Assembly (NCBI GenBank): GCA_030264375.1
Contig: JASCQW010000043.1
Span: 49,283,657 to 49,347,656 of the forward strand
Reading direction: 5' to 3'
DNA: 64,000 bases
Source of the DNA: Carcharhinus longimanus
Lineage: Eukaryota
Positions 52,571 to 64,000 of this stretch are shown piece after piece. The notes under the pieces were generated by a model. That model worked only from the letters and a program-made list of their open reading frames with translations, did no database searches and was not told the DNA's origin. The translations under genes and the position numbers were made by a program. Each line of letters begins with the position of its first letter. Position 1 is the first letter of the stretch.

Positions 52571-55048
52571 GGGAGGGGCCTTCTGTCCAGCCCATCTCCA
52601 CACCTGACAGCCTCTGCACAGTTTGAGGTCACACAACACAACTCCCATAAAATGCACCCCCAACCTCTGGAATGAAAATCTGAAGTTCCAGGGAATTTTA
52701 TTCCAGGTCAGGGTTGGAGAGCTAGGAATTGTCCCAACTCTGCATTCTCACCCCAGGCACAAAGATTCAAGCTGTTAGTCATTATGGTTGCACACTGAGT
52801 TGTGAGAGTGCAGCTATGACCAAAACAAATCACCTCCAAAGTTAAATGCCACATTATTTATTTTCTTTTATATCCCTCCTGTCTGTTCAGTATAAATATA
52901 TTTCTGTGCCAAGTACAAATGTAATGAGCTCTTTCCATCCTGTCTGACATCCCACCATGTTCAATGAGCCTGTAGTTATAAAGAGAAATAATAACACAAT
53001 TTTAATAGTTACGTTTTACTATGTTAAAGGCAGCATATAAATGCAATTTGTTGCAAAGTTCTCAGTGAGGCACATATCCGATTAGAGCCAAGGCTTCTGT
53101 TCTTACTTCCCCGGGCAGATAATTCAAAACTCTCCTTCCAACCGTGTAACTTTTACTCTTTAGTTTCTTTCAATCAATATAAATGTAAACTAGATGGACA
53201 ATCCGCCCCAGCAGTTTTCAGTCCAAACTACCTGCAATGTATCTGAATATTACATTTACTTGTTACATACCCACTATGGGATGCTTATTGGTAGTCACAT
53301 GGTATGGTAACAACTTGCCACATCCTTTACATACAGGAGGCAGCCTAGTTCTCAAAAGAGAACTAGGGCTTCTAACTTTAGACATCCGACCCCATATGAG
53401 GAAGAAGCTCTTCAGATCCTGGGGGCCTTAGAGAGTATCAAAAAAAGGAATGCATTGAACAGATGACAGACAGTTATGAACCTCCGCTGTTGCTCCTTCC
53501 CATTCATTTGCTTCCAAAGAAATGATGGCCTAAAACACTTGATCTGGCTAATTCTTGTGCTTTTTTTCCTCTTCTCTTTCTCCCCTGTGCCAAAGGAAGA
53601 TATGTTAAGCCCCATTACATCGTGTCATGCCAGCACATCATATCACATCACACACTGTTATTCACTTTCTCCCTCCCAAGCACCAGATCAGATGTGTCCA
53701 ACAAGGGGCTTCCTACCCCCATTAAATTCAACATTGGAAATGCATGGTGCATAAAGATAGTTCATGATGCTGATGTGACTGATCGCATTAGTTCAACTGG
53801 GGGATAATACCCAGCTGCAAATCGGGCATTAACTATTGGTAAATTACAGCACAATTCTAATTTTAATAATTTTGCAGATGCGTTTAACGCCTAATTTTTA
53901 GCCTGTAGTCCAGATATTCGCACCTTTCACCACACTGAGTAATTTAAAACAAACATAATAAATAATAGAATAAACTTTGCTCAATTGAAAACTTATTTTT
54001 CTTTCTAAAGGGGGCCCTTAACAGAACCTCTCGTGAGTGGCCTGGATATTTTCTGTATTGATGTGAATTTGAAGTGAAATGTATAAACCTAAAAACGCAC
54101 TAACAGATGGAAAAGTAAACTAAACATTTAATTATAATCTAAAAAAAATAAACCTACAGGCATGGCAAGGATGGAGCAGGAAATGGAATCACTCCGTTTT
54201 AACTGCATAGTCTTCCCCTGCCAATAAGGGAGTTAAAATTTTAACATTTTATTTTGAGATTGTTTTTACAATTTTCCTTGTCGATCTTTTCTCTTTATTT
54301 CTCTGCCAATACTTAGTCGATTAGCAGGCTTTGTGCCATGTGTTTTGACATTCAAATTATTTGGAGTATTTACAATATTAGCGCAATAAGTTCCCATATG
54401 GGAATCTCCCGATACATATCTGTTCAACAAGAGGGAAGAGATCTTGGTGGATGCTAAGCAAGTCAGGCTGCACTAGAACCTCATTGATCTGTCTAGCCTT
54501 ACCCTCATACCCTTGCTTACAGTCAGGAGCACACTTATTTATCTTAGTCAAAGCAGCTCTGACGGCACATGTTCTGAGTCAGTGGTGAAGAAACAATATA
54601 CCGTGTAATCTGCTGCATTGAGGCTGGAAACTAAGGTGCAGCACAGGGCTGTCACTACTAGCGACAAGTATAATTGGATGCACTCTCAAGCTGCCTCTGC
54701 TTTCTTCCACTCTGAAATTCTTGCCTAAGTGGAGGGTGTTTTTGAGTTTGCAAACCTGGCTAAGATCATCACTGCCACTTCACCCACAACACTACCACAG
54801 GTATCAGAGTGGGTATTTGAGTACTGTGACAGTACTGAGACAGTCTCTTCCTTCTATGCTGTTCCTAATGGACAACTGCATAAGATAAATCAAGAAACAG
54901 AGTCTGTATTACAGACAGGAAGGATGATAGAAAGATCTGAGAATGAGACCAATTGTTGCGCATGGGAAGAAGGTAGAGAAGGAAGCTTGAAGCATGTCAA
55001 GTGTACTGTACTCACAGCCCAGATGCCAGAGAACAAAGTGAGATTTTT

Positions 55049-56044
55049 TTAAGTTTATTTGTGTCACAAGTAGGCTTACAGTAACACTGCAATGAAGTTA
55101 TTGTAAAACTCCCTAGTCGCCACATAATGGCACCTGTTCGGGTACACTGAGGGAGATCAATGCACCTAACCACCTGGGTGTCCTTGTGCACCAGTCGCTG
55201 AAGGTAAGCACGTAAGTGCAGCAGGCAGTAAAAAAGGCAAATGGTATGTTGGCCTTCATTGTGAGGGGTTTTGAGTACAGGAGCTGGAATGTGTTGTGGC
55301 AATTATACTGGGCCTTGGTGAAGCTACACCGAGAATATTATGTGCAGTTTTGGTCTCCTTTTCTGAAGAAGGATATTCTTGCTCTTGAGGGAGTGCAATG
55401 AAGGTTTACCAGGCTGATTCCAGGGATGACGGGACTGATGTATGAGGAGAGATTGACTAGGTTAGGATTGTCTTCGCTAGAATTCAAACAAATGAGATGG
55501 ATCTCATAAAGCCTTATAAAATTCTAACAGGACTAGACAGGGTAGATGCAGGAGGGATGGTCCCGATGGTGGGGGTGTCTAGAACCACGGGTCACAATCT
55601 GAGGATTTTGGGTAGGCTATTTAGGATGGAGGTGAGGAGACATTTCTTCATCTAAAAGAATGGTGAGCCTGTGGAATTCATTACCACAAGAAGTAGTTGG
55701 TGCCAAAACATTGAATGTATTCAAGAGGGGGCTAGATATAGCACTTGGGATAAATGTGTTCAAAAGGTTATGGGGAGAAAACAGGATTAGGCTACTGAGT
55801 TGGATGATCAGCGATGATCGTAATGAATGGCGGAGCAGACTCAAAGGGCCAAGTAATTTCCTCCTGCTCCTATCCTCTATGTTTAACCAGCACGTCTTTC
55901 AGATCGTGGGAGGAAACCGGAACACTTGGGAGAAACTCACGCAGACACAGGGAGAATGTGCAGATGTCACACAGACAGTGGCCTGAGCGGGAATTGAAGC
56001 CAGGTCCCTGGCACTGTGAGGCAGCAGTGCTAACCACTGTGCTA
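55049..56044 (-). mobile_element. HE1-like SINE (alternative tail) split by a CR1 insertion
   Basis: Head at 55884-56044 and tail at 55049-55172. Confidence 0.9.
55173..55883 (+). mobile_element. 5'-truncated CR1/HER1 LINE with TSD TAACCA
   Basis: QQAVKKANGMLAFI...YYVQFWSPFLKKDILALEGVQ; TAACCA at 55167-55172 and 55884-55889. Confidence 0.92.
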
Positions 56045-56624
56045 TCTGAACACTGATCAGCATAATATTTGACCCAGGCGCCAACAGTATTAAAGTGCAT
56101 CACTCCCCAGACTCATCATTTCCACAGGAAAGGCTGTCAAAAGGATGCTTAATGCTCCACCTGTCATTTTGTATACATCTGCACATAAGAATTTACATAT
56201 CTGCAAATCAGATCAGTGAAAAAAAGTATTCATTGCCTGCAAATTCTAAATTTGTTTAGCAGCGTAGCTCAATTCCAGCAATCTTTGTGGAAACTTTTGA
56301 TCAATTTCCTGTTGGGTTAAAACTGGTATCCTTTGAATAATTTAGTAAAGTGTGGTCCCTCGTACATTCGATCTTTGAGTTGCAGTGTAATTGCAGTTTT
56401 AAGAATGGGAAGTTTTTTTAAAGCAGTTCTAGTACTATGAATATACACATACATAGCTTAAAGGGTTCTATTCAATTTGCCATGATAACATTTGATGATC
56501 AATATCATGCGAGAAACATTCCCCAACATTGAATAACATTCCAGTTATTAGACAGGAAATTTGAATCTTGTGCTGCATATCTCTTTCTCAATGTCTAGGT
56601 TTCCTGCCACAACACAGACATTGA

Positions 56625-56882
56625 TACATAAAAACATAGAAACAAGAAGCAGGAGTATGCCATTCAGCCCTTTGAGCCTGTTCCGCCATCCATGAGAATC
56701 ATGGCTTATCGTCAATACCCCCTGCCTGCGCCCCCCCCTCCTCGCTTCCCCCTCCCCCCCCACCCCGTTCTCCCCATATCCCTTGATCCCTTTAGCCCCA
56801 AGAGTTATACAATGTTTTGGTCTCAACTGCCTTCTGTGGTGGTGAATTCCACACATTCACCACTCACTGGGTGAAGAAACTT
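56625..56882 (-). mobile_element. CR1/HER1 3' end
   Basis: 'acatagaaacaagaagcaggagtatgccattcagccctttgagcctgttccgcc...gaattccacacattcaccac'. Confidence 0.85.
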
Positions 56883-58607
56883 TTCTATTCCTGATATATG
56901 TGGTACACATTTTTATTTTCATTAGTTATAGTCTAATAATATTGCACAATCCACAATGCAGATATTGCAGTCCATGAAAAAAATTAATAAGATGAATAAT
57001 AAAAGGGAGGAAACAAGTGATGGGATAAGACTAGGTGGCTCATGTTTAAAAGGAGAGAGGTTTGATCTAAAGTGTTTTTATTTTGTTACATCTGTGACTC
57101 AGTTTTCTCCAAGAAGAAAATCTGATAGTTAACGGGCTATTCCAAAAATGCTTCCACTAATCGACACATTTTATGAATATAATTTGCATCCTTTTCAGAC
57201 TGAATAGTTTCCGTGATTATAACCTATTAACCTTGAATTTTCTAATTCCAGCTGTTTGATGTCTTTTCAACTGGCGCTCTGATTTATTTATTTCAGAAGG
57301 TTTCACCACATGCTCCTTGATGCTCACTAGTTAGCTGAAGTAAATGGTTTCATTTCAATCTTAGTGGAGTAGTCTGATTATCCCATTTCCTTTTGTTTTT
57401 CCCCAGATTCCAGAGTGAGAAAATTAGAAACATTATGTTGGCAACATAGCTCCAATTGAAGCTTGTTAGGGCACCAGAGGCACAAACAGGTCATCTGGAC
57501 CTGAAATCAGTATCCCAGAATGCCTGTAGCCAACATCCTGTTCAGCTTAACTGAAGTAGAATAGGGAAATCAGTGGCTGGTATCTCTTCCCATTGCCCTA
57601 TTTACACGTGAGCAATGTTCTGGCAGCTAGTTCCACACTGTCAAAAGATCTATTGGAAATTATTACGCTTGGTATATGTGTAAATCCAGAAAAGCCAGTG
57701 AGCACTGTCAATTATAAACAAGTCTGTTGGTCACTCAACTACATCTTCAAGTAGCAGTAATTTGCTGATAGATGTTGATGACTAAATAGTCAATTAACAA
57801 CCCCAACCATCGCCTCGTGACAGTCAAAGAATTAAGAATATGAGATACTACTGTATGTCACACAATACAAAACTACATACAATATGGGCAAAATTTAATG
57901 CCCTCCCCCAAGGTGAGTTGGGAGGCCAGGGTACATTTAACTGAGTTAGAAGGCCTGCTACGTGGGTCATGAAACGGCAACACAAATTCAGCGATAATCG
58001 TGCAAACATCCAGAACAATAGGTCACCCTAGGTGGGGCTCAGTAAAGAGACTGTGCAATCTGATAACACAGAACTACAGGACAAAATTCGATAAGAGAAC
58101 ACAAACTCTGTCTAATCTGAAAACACACAAGAATTAGAACATTGGTCTGATATCAGACATACATTACACAGGGAATGTAGGAGACCATACAGAGGACAAC
58201 AGGGTCTTGACTTTAGCCAGTCTGTTCCCAGTTAAATCAACTATTCCCAGTAAATAACAACTGAAATCACAAACATTGACTGACAAAACCGGGCACCAAC
58301 TGATTTCCGGTTGGATTTCCTGGTTGTTCTGGTTTCACTCCATGGTGTATACCAGCTACTCGAATTTCAGGCCTGTAAGCCACAACTACCGTTTTCGGAC
58401 AGTTTCAACTGATTTTTCCTTCCGGGAAACTCCTTTGTCATTTTAAGATACCTGTGTAAAAGTGGGACATTAGGAATGTGGATTTATTTACATCAATTGT
58501 TACAATGGCTATATTTAACTAGACGTTCTGGTTATTTCTGAAATTCAGAATGTCACTGTGAATTTGCAGTCACAACACTTGGCTACATGCACACTGCTGC
58601 TATTCCT

Positions 58608-59260
58608 GGGGCTGAATTATTTTTTCCCTCGGGTATGTGTATGGGAAATGGGCACGAAATACACTTCCAGCTGCAATCAGCCCCAGGGTGCGATTTCATG
58701 CCGACTGGCTAACTAACGGGGCCAGGCAGTGTGAAAAACGCACTCTGGAAGACTGAGCATTGCCGGGGAGGGCAGGAAAATGTCCACCTGCACCAAGTGA
58801 AACCACAGTGCAGGTGGGCACTTCCAACAAGCTCCCTGAAGGTTGATGACTGCCTCATGGAGCTGCTAGATTGTTCCAATGACATTCGCACCAAAATAAT
58901 CAGAATTAAGCAACTGACAGCATAACACTCAACCCTCAAACATTTTCTTTTATTTAATCCTAAACATGTTGTAATGGATTGGAAATGAAAAATCGTGAAT
59001 GCCGCCTGGTCAATTAGCCCGTTTGCCGAGCGTAAAAGCATGTGAAATTTGGCCATGTGAAATTTGGGCCACTTGCGTGCCTGATGGGCTTAACTGTGCT
59101 TTCAATTGTCAGTGGGCACACCTTGGACTCTCGCATGTACCTGCTGACAGAAATATCATACGAGGGCGCCATGACGTCAGAATGTGTGCCCAACTTCTTC
59201 TCACAAAAATGTGCGAGTTCAGATCAGGCAAGCTCCCTCAAGGTCTATAAAATTCTCTCC
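58608..59260. mobile_element. GC-rich TIR-type element
   Basis: Termini 'ggggctgaatt' / 'aaaattctctcc'; GC-rich arms around an AT-rich core. Confidence 0.6.
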
Positions 59261-59519
59261 TGGGTCCCAGGAAGAAACAGATTCTGAAAAATTTTATTTC
59301 CCCTTGCAACCAATGATGTCACTGCAGAGAATTATTTTGGGAGCTGTGGCACAACTATTACATTTTTACTTTAAATAGACTCAGGACATCATTCAAAGCA
59401 GTCATGTGATCTGGGTCAGTAAACAGCTGGAGATGAATAGGTATAAACTGTTTATCGCCTGTGACCTGTACTGGTACCATTTGTACTAATGACATGAATG
59501 AAGAGATTTAGGGTTGGAT

Positions 59520-60770
59520 GTCCTATGCAGCTGACACTAAACTTGAAGTACATTGTGTAAATGGGAGCAGGCAGTCTGAGGTCATTCATTTTGTGATTTT
59601 ATTTTCTTCATGGTGAGAGGCTAAGTTGTGAAGGAGTGAAAGGCTTTTGGGTCAATGTATATCACCAAACACCAGTGCATTGGGACAAAGAATATCAACA
59701 AGGCCAGTGGATTATTGATCTTTATCTCAAGAAGACTGAAAGAGCAAAGTGAGGAGCTGGGGGTTCAGCTGTGCAGATCCAGGATCAGACCCCACCCAGG
59801 GTTCAATTTTGAGCATCAGAAAATTGGAACCCAGGCCTAAACGGTTAAATTGCTAAGACTGGCTGCATAAACCTGGTTCATAATGCTCTGAGTTTAGAAA
59901 GGCGTGGGATGATCTAATGGAGAAATGTAAAATAATTTGAGATTTTGATAGGGGAAATACAATGGTTGGTATTTTCCGCCCTTTCCCACTGGCATGATCT
60001 TCTAGTCCCACCGAAGGTGACCCCCTCACAGCAAGTTCCCCAGTAGCAAATCAATGAGCCATGTAAAATGTCGTAGACATCTGCGGGACCAGAAGATATC
60101 ACCAATGGCGAGTCACCTCCGCAGCCAGAAAAAAAGCCGTAGAAGGGCTGGAAAATCCTTCCCGCTAACAGAAGGGATTTCTATTCCAGGGTCAGGAACC
60201 CAATGCCAGGACGAGTTCTGGGTTGCAATCCAGTATGTTCATCATATAGTACCTCAGTTATTAATAGACCAGGCTACTTAACAACAAGGGACGACTCTGT
60301 TTGTCCATTTAAGAACAGCGGGCAGTTTCCCAAGTCTGGATGTCCGATAGGAGCCAAGGTTGGAGCTTACTTAATGGACAGACAGAAGGCACCAGGACAT
60401 GAAAGAAAAGGTCAGATTTATTTCCAAGTTGAAATCCGGCCACCTCAGCCTGGCTGTGACCGTGGATGGATAAAGCCCTCAAATTGAGGACGGCCTTTTC
60501 CCCACATCAACTGGGATAGTCGATCAACATGTGGGCTTTGCAGTCACCATGCTTCTGGGCAACTGCAACTGCTTGTGGATGAGTAACCATTCTGTCTTTG
60601 ACCCAGCCTCTTTTAAAATGGCTTGAGGTTAAGATTAGGCGTAGATCCAGCAAGACCTCGGATCCCAACCCTCAACAAACTGAAAATCTCACCCAATGAA
60701 ACTATTTCCTCTGGTGGAGTATTCCCAAATAAGAGATCATAATGTTAAAATTATAGCAGGACCAATACAC
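59520..60770 (+). mobile_element. Old CR1-like fragment interrupted by TIR elements
   Basis: 'gcagctgacactaaactt' (ADDTKL-like) and 'ctctgagtttagaaaggcgtgggatgatctaat'; CR1 sequence resumes at 60698 'gaaactatttcctctggtggag'. Confidence 0.6.
59964..60163 (+). mobile_element. ~200-bp MITE, copy 3
   Basis: Termini 'ggttggtattttcc' / 'ggaaaatccttccc'; homologous to copies 1 and 2. Confidence 0.8.
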
Positions 60771-63280
60771 AGTTAGATCAACCAGATCTCCAAATGTGCA
60801 GGTAGTTAGTATTGTCCAATGAAACAGGTTATATTTCTCCAAGTACCCATCTACTAGCTAAATTAGTGCCAATAAATCTGCGTAATGCAATTCTGTAACA
60901 TCAACGACACAGGATCATGAAGCAAGGCTGCAGTGATTTACACAAAACATTTGTTCAAACTATCTGACTATTAATCTCAGCAAAGTCACTGCACTTGGAA
61001 ACACTTTGGCAGTTACATTTGCATGTCTAAAGCAAGGCATTTAAAAAAACTTCACCAAGCAGCTAATGGTTTGTTTTATCTGATTGTTCCTAACAAGCAA
61101 ACAACAGCAACAATAATGTGCACAAATCTCAATTGGCAATAGGAGTGCTCAAGTCCCAATGTCATTGACTCAACCATAACTTAAGGTTTGTGTTGGTGTT
61201 AAGTGGCCTATAAAACTGAGCTCCATGGCACAAGGTCAATTACAGCACAGTATCAGAAAGTTACACCCAATCTACTCAATCACTAGTTACGTACTTCTTT
61301 TATTTGAAGTATTTCTATCTGCTAAAAGTGGTATATCTTTTAAAGTGTTACGTGCGAATCATAAACCGACAGTCATAATGTTCCTATGGATCACTTGTTC
61401 AACAAAGCCCTAAGCAGATATTCTGTTGAAGGATAAACCATGACGTCAGGCCAGTACCTAAAGGTACTGAACACGTGGGAACTGATACAGACAATGCTAC
61501 ATTGGAGTGTGAAAGCTGGGTAATTTGAGCTCCCGGGTCTCATTTTACTGTTGTCTCATAGACAGCCTGCCTAAAGTCAACAGGAATGGTGTAAAGGCCT
61601 GTGGGAGAAATCGCACAGCTGTGGGCACAGTTCCTGGTGAGGTAACTGCAAGGGCACCAGGAATGCTCATAATCAGGAGAGGATAAAGCCCTGAGTCAGG
61701 GCAGTTACAATATCTTCTTTAAACTTACAAAAAAATTTCCAGGGAAAGAACTTAGCTCAGGCTCTTACTGCAGGCCTAGTCCCCCTCTAATTTCTTTTCA
61801 CTGCGAGTGCCCCAAATATCTGCCACCTTTAATTTTTTTGTGTGGCCACACACGCACAATATCTTAAAGACACAATTTGTGAGTAGCCTGTGTGTGTTTT
61901 CCTGGTTGCTTTGCAACTACACGTGCAGCTCACGAGAAACATTGACTTAGCCAACGTGAAGTTAAACTTGCAAACACATTTTGCCTCTTTACACTCCTGC
62001 TTGTCTGGGGCTGCAGCTGTTCCAAAGCCATAAAAAGTATCAGTTAAAATGGAGAATGTTCTGAAGAGTTCAGCAACAGTGCAAACAGCACCCGTATGTC
62101 TTTTTAACTCTCAGCTCCCCAACTCCCACCAGTAGGCTAGAATAAACTGCTGGAAATATTAAAACACCTTGGCTGACTGATTACCACAGTTTAACCAACT
62201 GTAAACCTTCCAAGTGGCTGCAAAGTGAAAAGTTAAAAATAATACAATTCATACAGCAACTAGTCAAACATTACTTTTTGAAAAATTCCAACTATTTAAT
62301 TTAACCCACGTATCACCCCGACCTTTATGATATGTTTTGTGTCCGTACGTCCAGATGGTGTATTTTTCATCAATTCATTACAAATCTATCATATGTGTTC
62401 TTCTGCGTTCCAATTTTCTACTTTCTGAATCTTCGGATTTACTGGTGGAATTCTATAAGCGAATTACTGGTTCTACAATATTAAAATAATCAATAACATT
62501 TCACTTCACTGCAAACTGGTGAAATGAGTGAAATATCCCATGGTTCAACAATCCGTTAAGGAATGAGCACAATTTGGCTTGATTGCAGGCCTTATGAACA
62601 GTTCTGTTACATTTTTTTGTGTGTGTGACCAGCCTCTGGAATTGTCAAGAAAGGCTTCACACTTCGTTGGGAACAAGGAAGGAATTATTGATAAGAGAAA
62701 CTTCAGTACAGGAGGATTGCAACTTCGGGCTGCCTTGGGGCAGGACTCTAGTCTTTACGTGCGTACTTCATGGCTTCTAGGTGATCCTGCCTGAGCAAGG
62801 ACTCCACCCTATGGTGTGATCACTCACTCTCGGATTCCATTGATCCCTCAAGTGAGGTGACTCACTTTTGCTGTACTGTCTTAAGGAGACAGGCACCACA
62901 TACACAACAAGCTCAGAGAGTAAATAACTGATAACAGGGCAAACAAGAACAATGGAATTGTTGAAAGTATTTCTAGAGGACAAAGATAGTATCTTTTGAG
63001 AGTTTTAAAACTGATCATGGGGAACTGCAACAGTAAGAAACATGGCGAGAGGCTGTAATGGTACAACTGATCAAGGGCAGCAAATGTGCACAATGGCTAT
63101 ACAGAACTTTGCAAGGTGAAACTTAACACAAGCATGGGTTCATCTCCATAGTTTAAACTAGTAATCCAACATAACTTTGGGTACTTTATATCAAAGGAGA
63201 ATCTTTTCGGACTGTGAGGTTATGCCAGGGCCATCCCGGAAAAAGGATATAAAGAAGAAGTTTTTGAAAGTGCCATTGTA

Positions 63281-63630
63281 TCATAGAATCACGACAATGC
63301 AGAAGGTGGCAATTCAGACCATCGAGTCTGCACCAATTCTCTAACAGATTATTTTATTCAAGCCTTCTGCTCTGCCTTACCCCTGTAACTCACATTTACC
63401 ATGGCTAATCCATCTAACCTTCACATCTTGGGACACTAAAGCGCATTTCTTTTTACCATGGCCAATCCACTTATCCTGCACATCTTTGGAATATTGCATG
63501 AAATCAGAGTAACTGGAGGAAACCCATTCAGACATGGGAAAAATGTGCCAACTCCACACAAGCAGCTGTCCAAGGCTGGAATTGAACCTGAGTCCCTGAC
63601 TGAGAGGAGCAGTGCTAAGTATTGTGCCAC
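63281..63630 (-). mobile_element. HE1-like SINE with CR1/HER1-type tail
   Basis: Homolog of 3751-4107 and 20044-20368. Confidence 0.85.
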
Positions 63631-64000
63631 CAAATCAGTGGTGGAGAGGAGGTCTCTCAAGAATGCATCCATGCTGACTTCAGTTTAACACCCCTGGGGA
63701 AAACTTTGCAAAGGTGCAGGGCACAAAGAAGAGAAAAAAAGAGAAGAACTGTTTGCACATGCAATCTGTCCTTTCCAAACTGGATCAGTGCTCAATACTT
63801 ATCACAGTCATATGCTTTTGCTTACAACTAGTATGCTGTTACCATCTAAATCACTGATTAAATTCACAGCATTTTGTTGCAGTCTATCCTAGTTAATTGA
63901 TACAACAACAAATTGTGTTAAATTAATATTAAATTATATACTACCAAATACTAAAATTAAATTAAATACCACTGAGATTGAGATATTCCAAGCAATAGGC

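Noticed and set aside
54729-55052. 107-aa ORF
   Set aside because: GTG start, ends inside a SINE tail, no recognisable family.
3751-63630. tRNA-like A/B boxes and CACAGTG heptamers
   Set aside because: All belong to SINE heads; I saw no cloverleaf tRNA, no correctly spaced RSS nonamer and no V/J exon.

Overview
Repeat-rich, apparently non-coding eukaryotic DNA from a gappy draft assembly (N gaps of about 10 to 800 bp). The repeat families I recognise from memory of their consensus sequences (HE1-like tRNA-derived SINEs, HER1/CR1 LINEs, L2, Rex1/Babar, SacSINE/DeuSINE-like and Penelope-like termini) point to a cartilaginous fish, probably a carcharhiniform shark; this is an inference. I cannot recognise any host protein-coding gene, RNA gene or Ig/TCR segment, so the window is probably intergenic or part of a large intron. 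The ORF track is explained by TE remnants, N gaps or chance. The most notable structure is a dispersed set of GC-rich elements bounded by related short 'GGGC-GA-TTT(TC)'-type terminal inverted repeats. It includes a three-copy ~200-bp MITE and one element carrying a decayed Myb/SANT-like gene, consistent with a PIF/Harbinger-derived non-autonomous transposon system. Also noted: nested insertions (one with a clear TSD) and a unique stretch at ~40.9-41.0 kb combining an X-box, a Kozak ATG and a strong splice donor (candidate first exon or 9-nt microexon). Family names and most boundaries were assigned by eye, without database searches.
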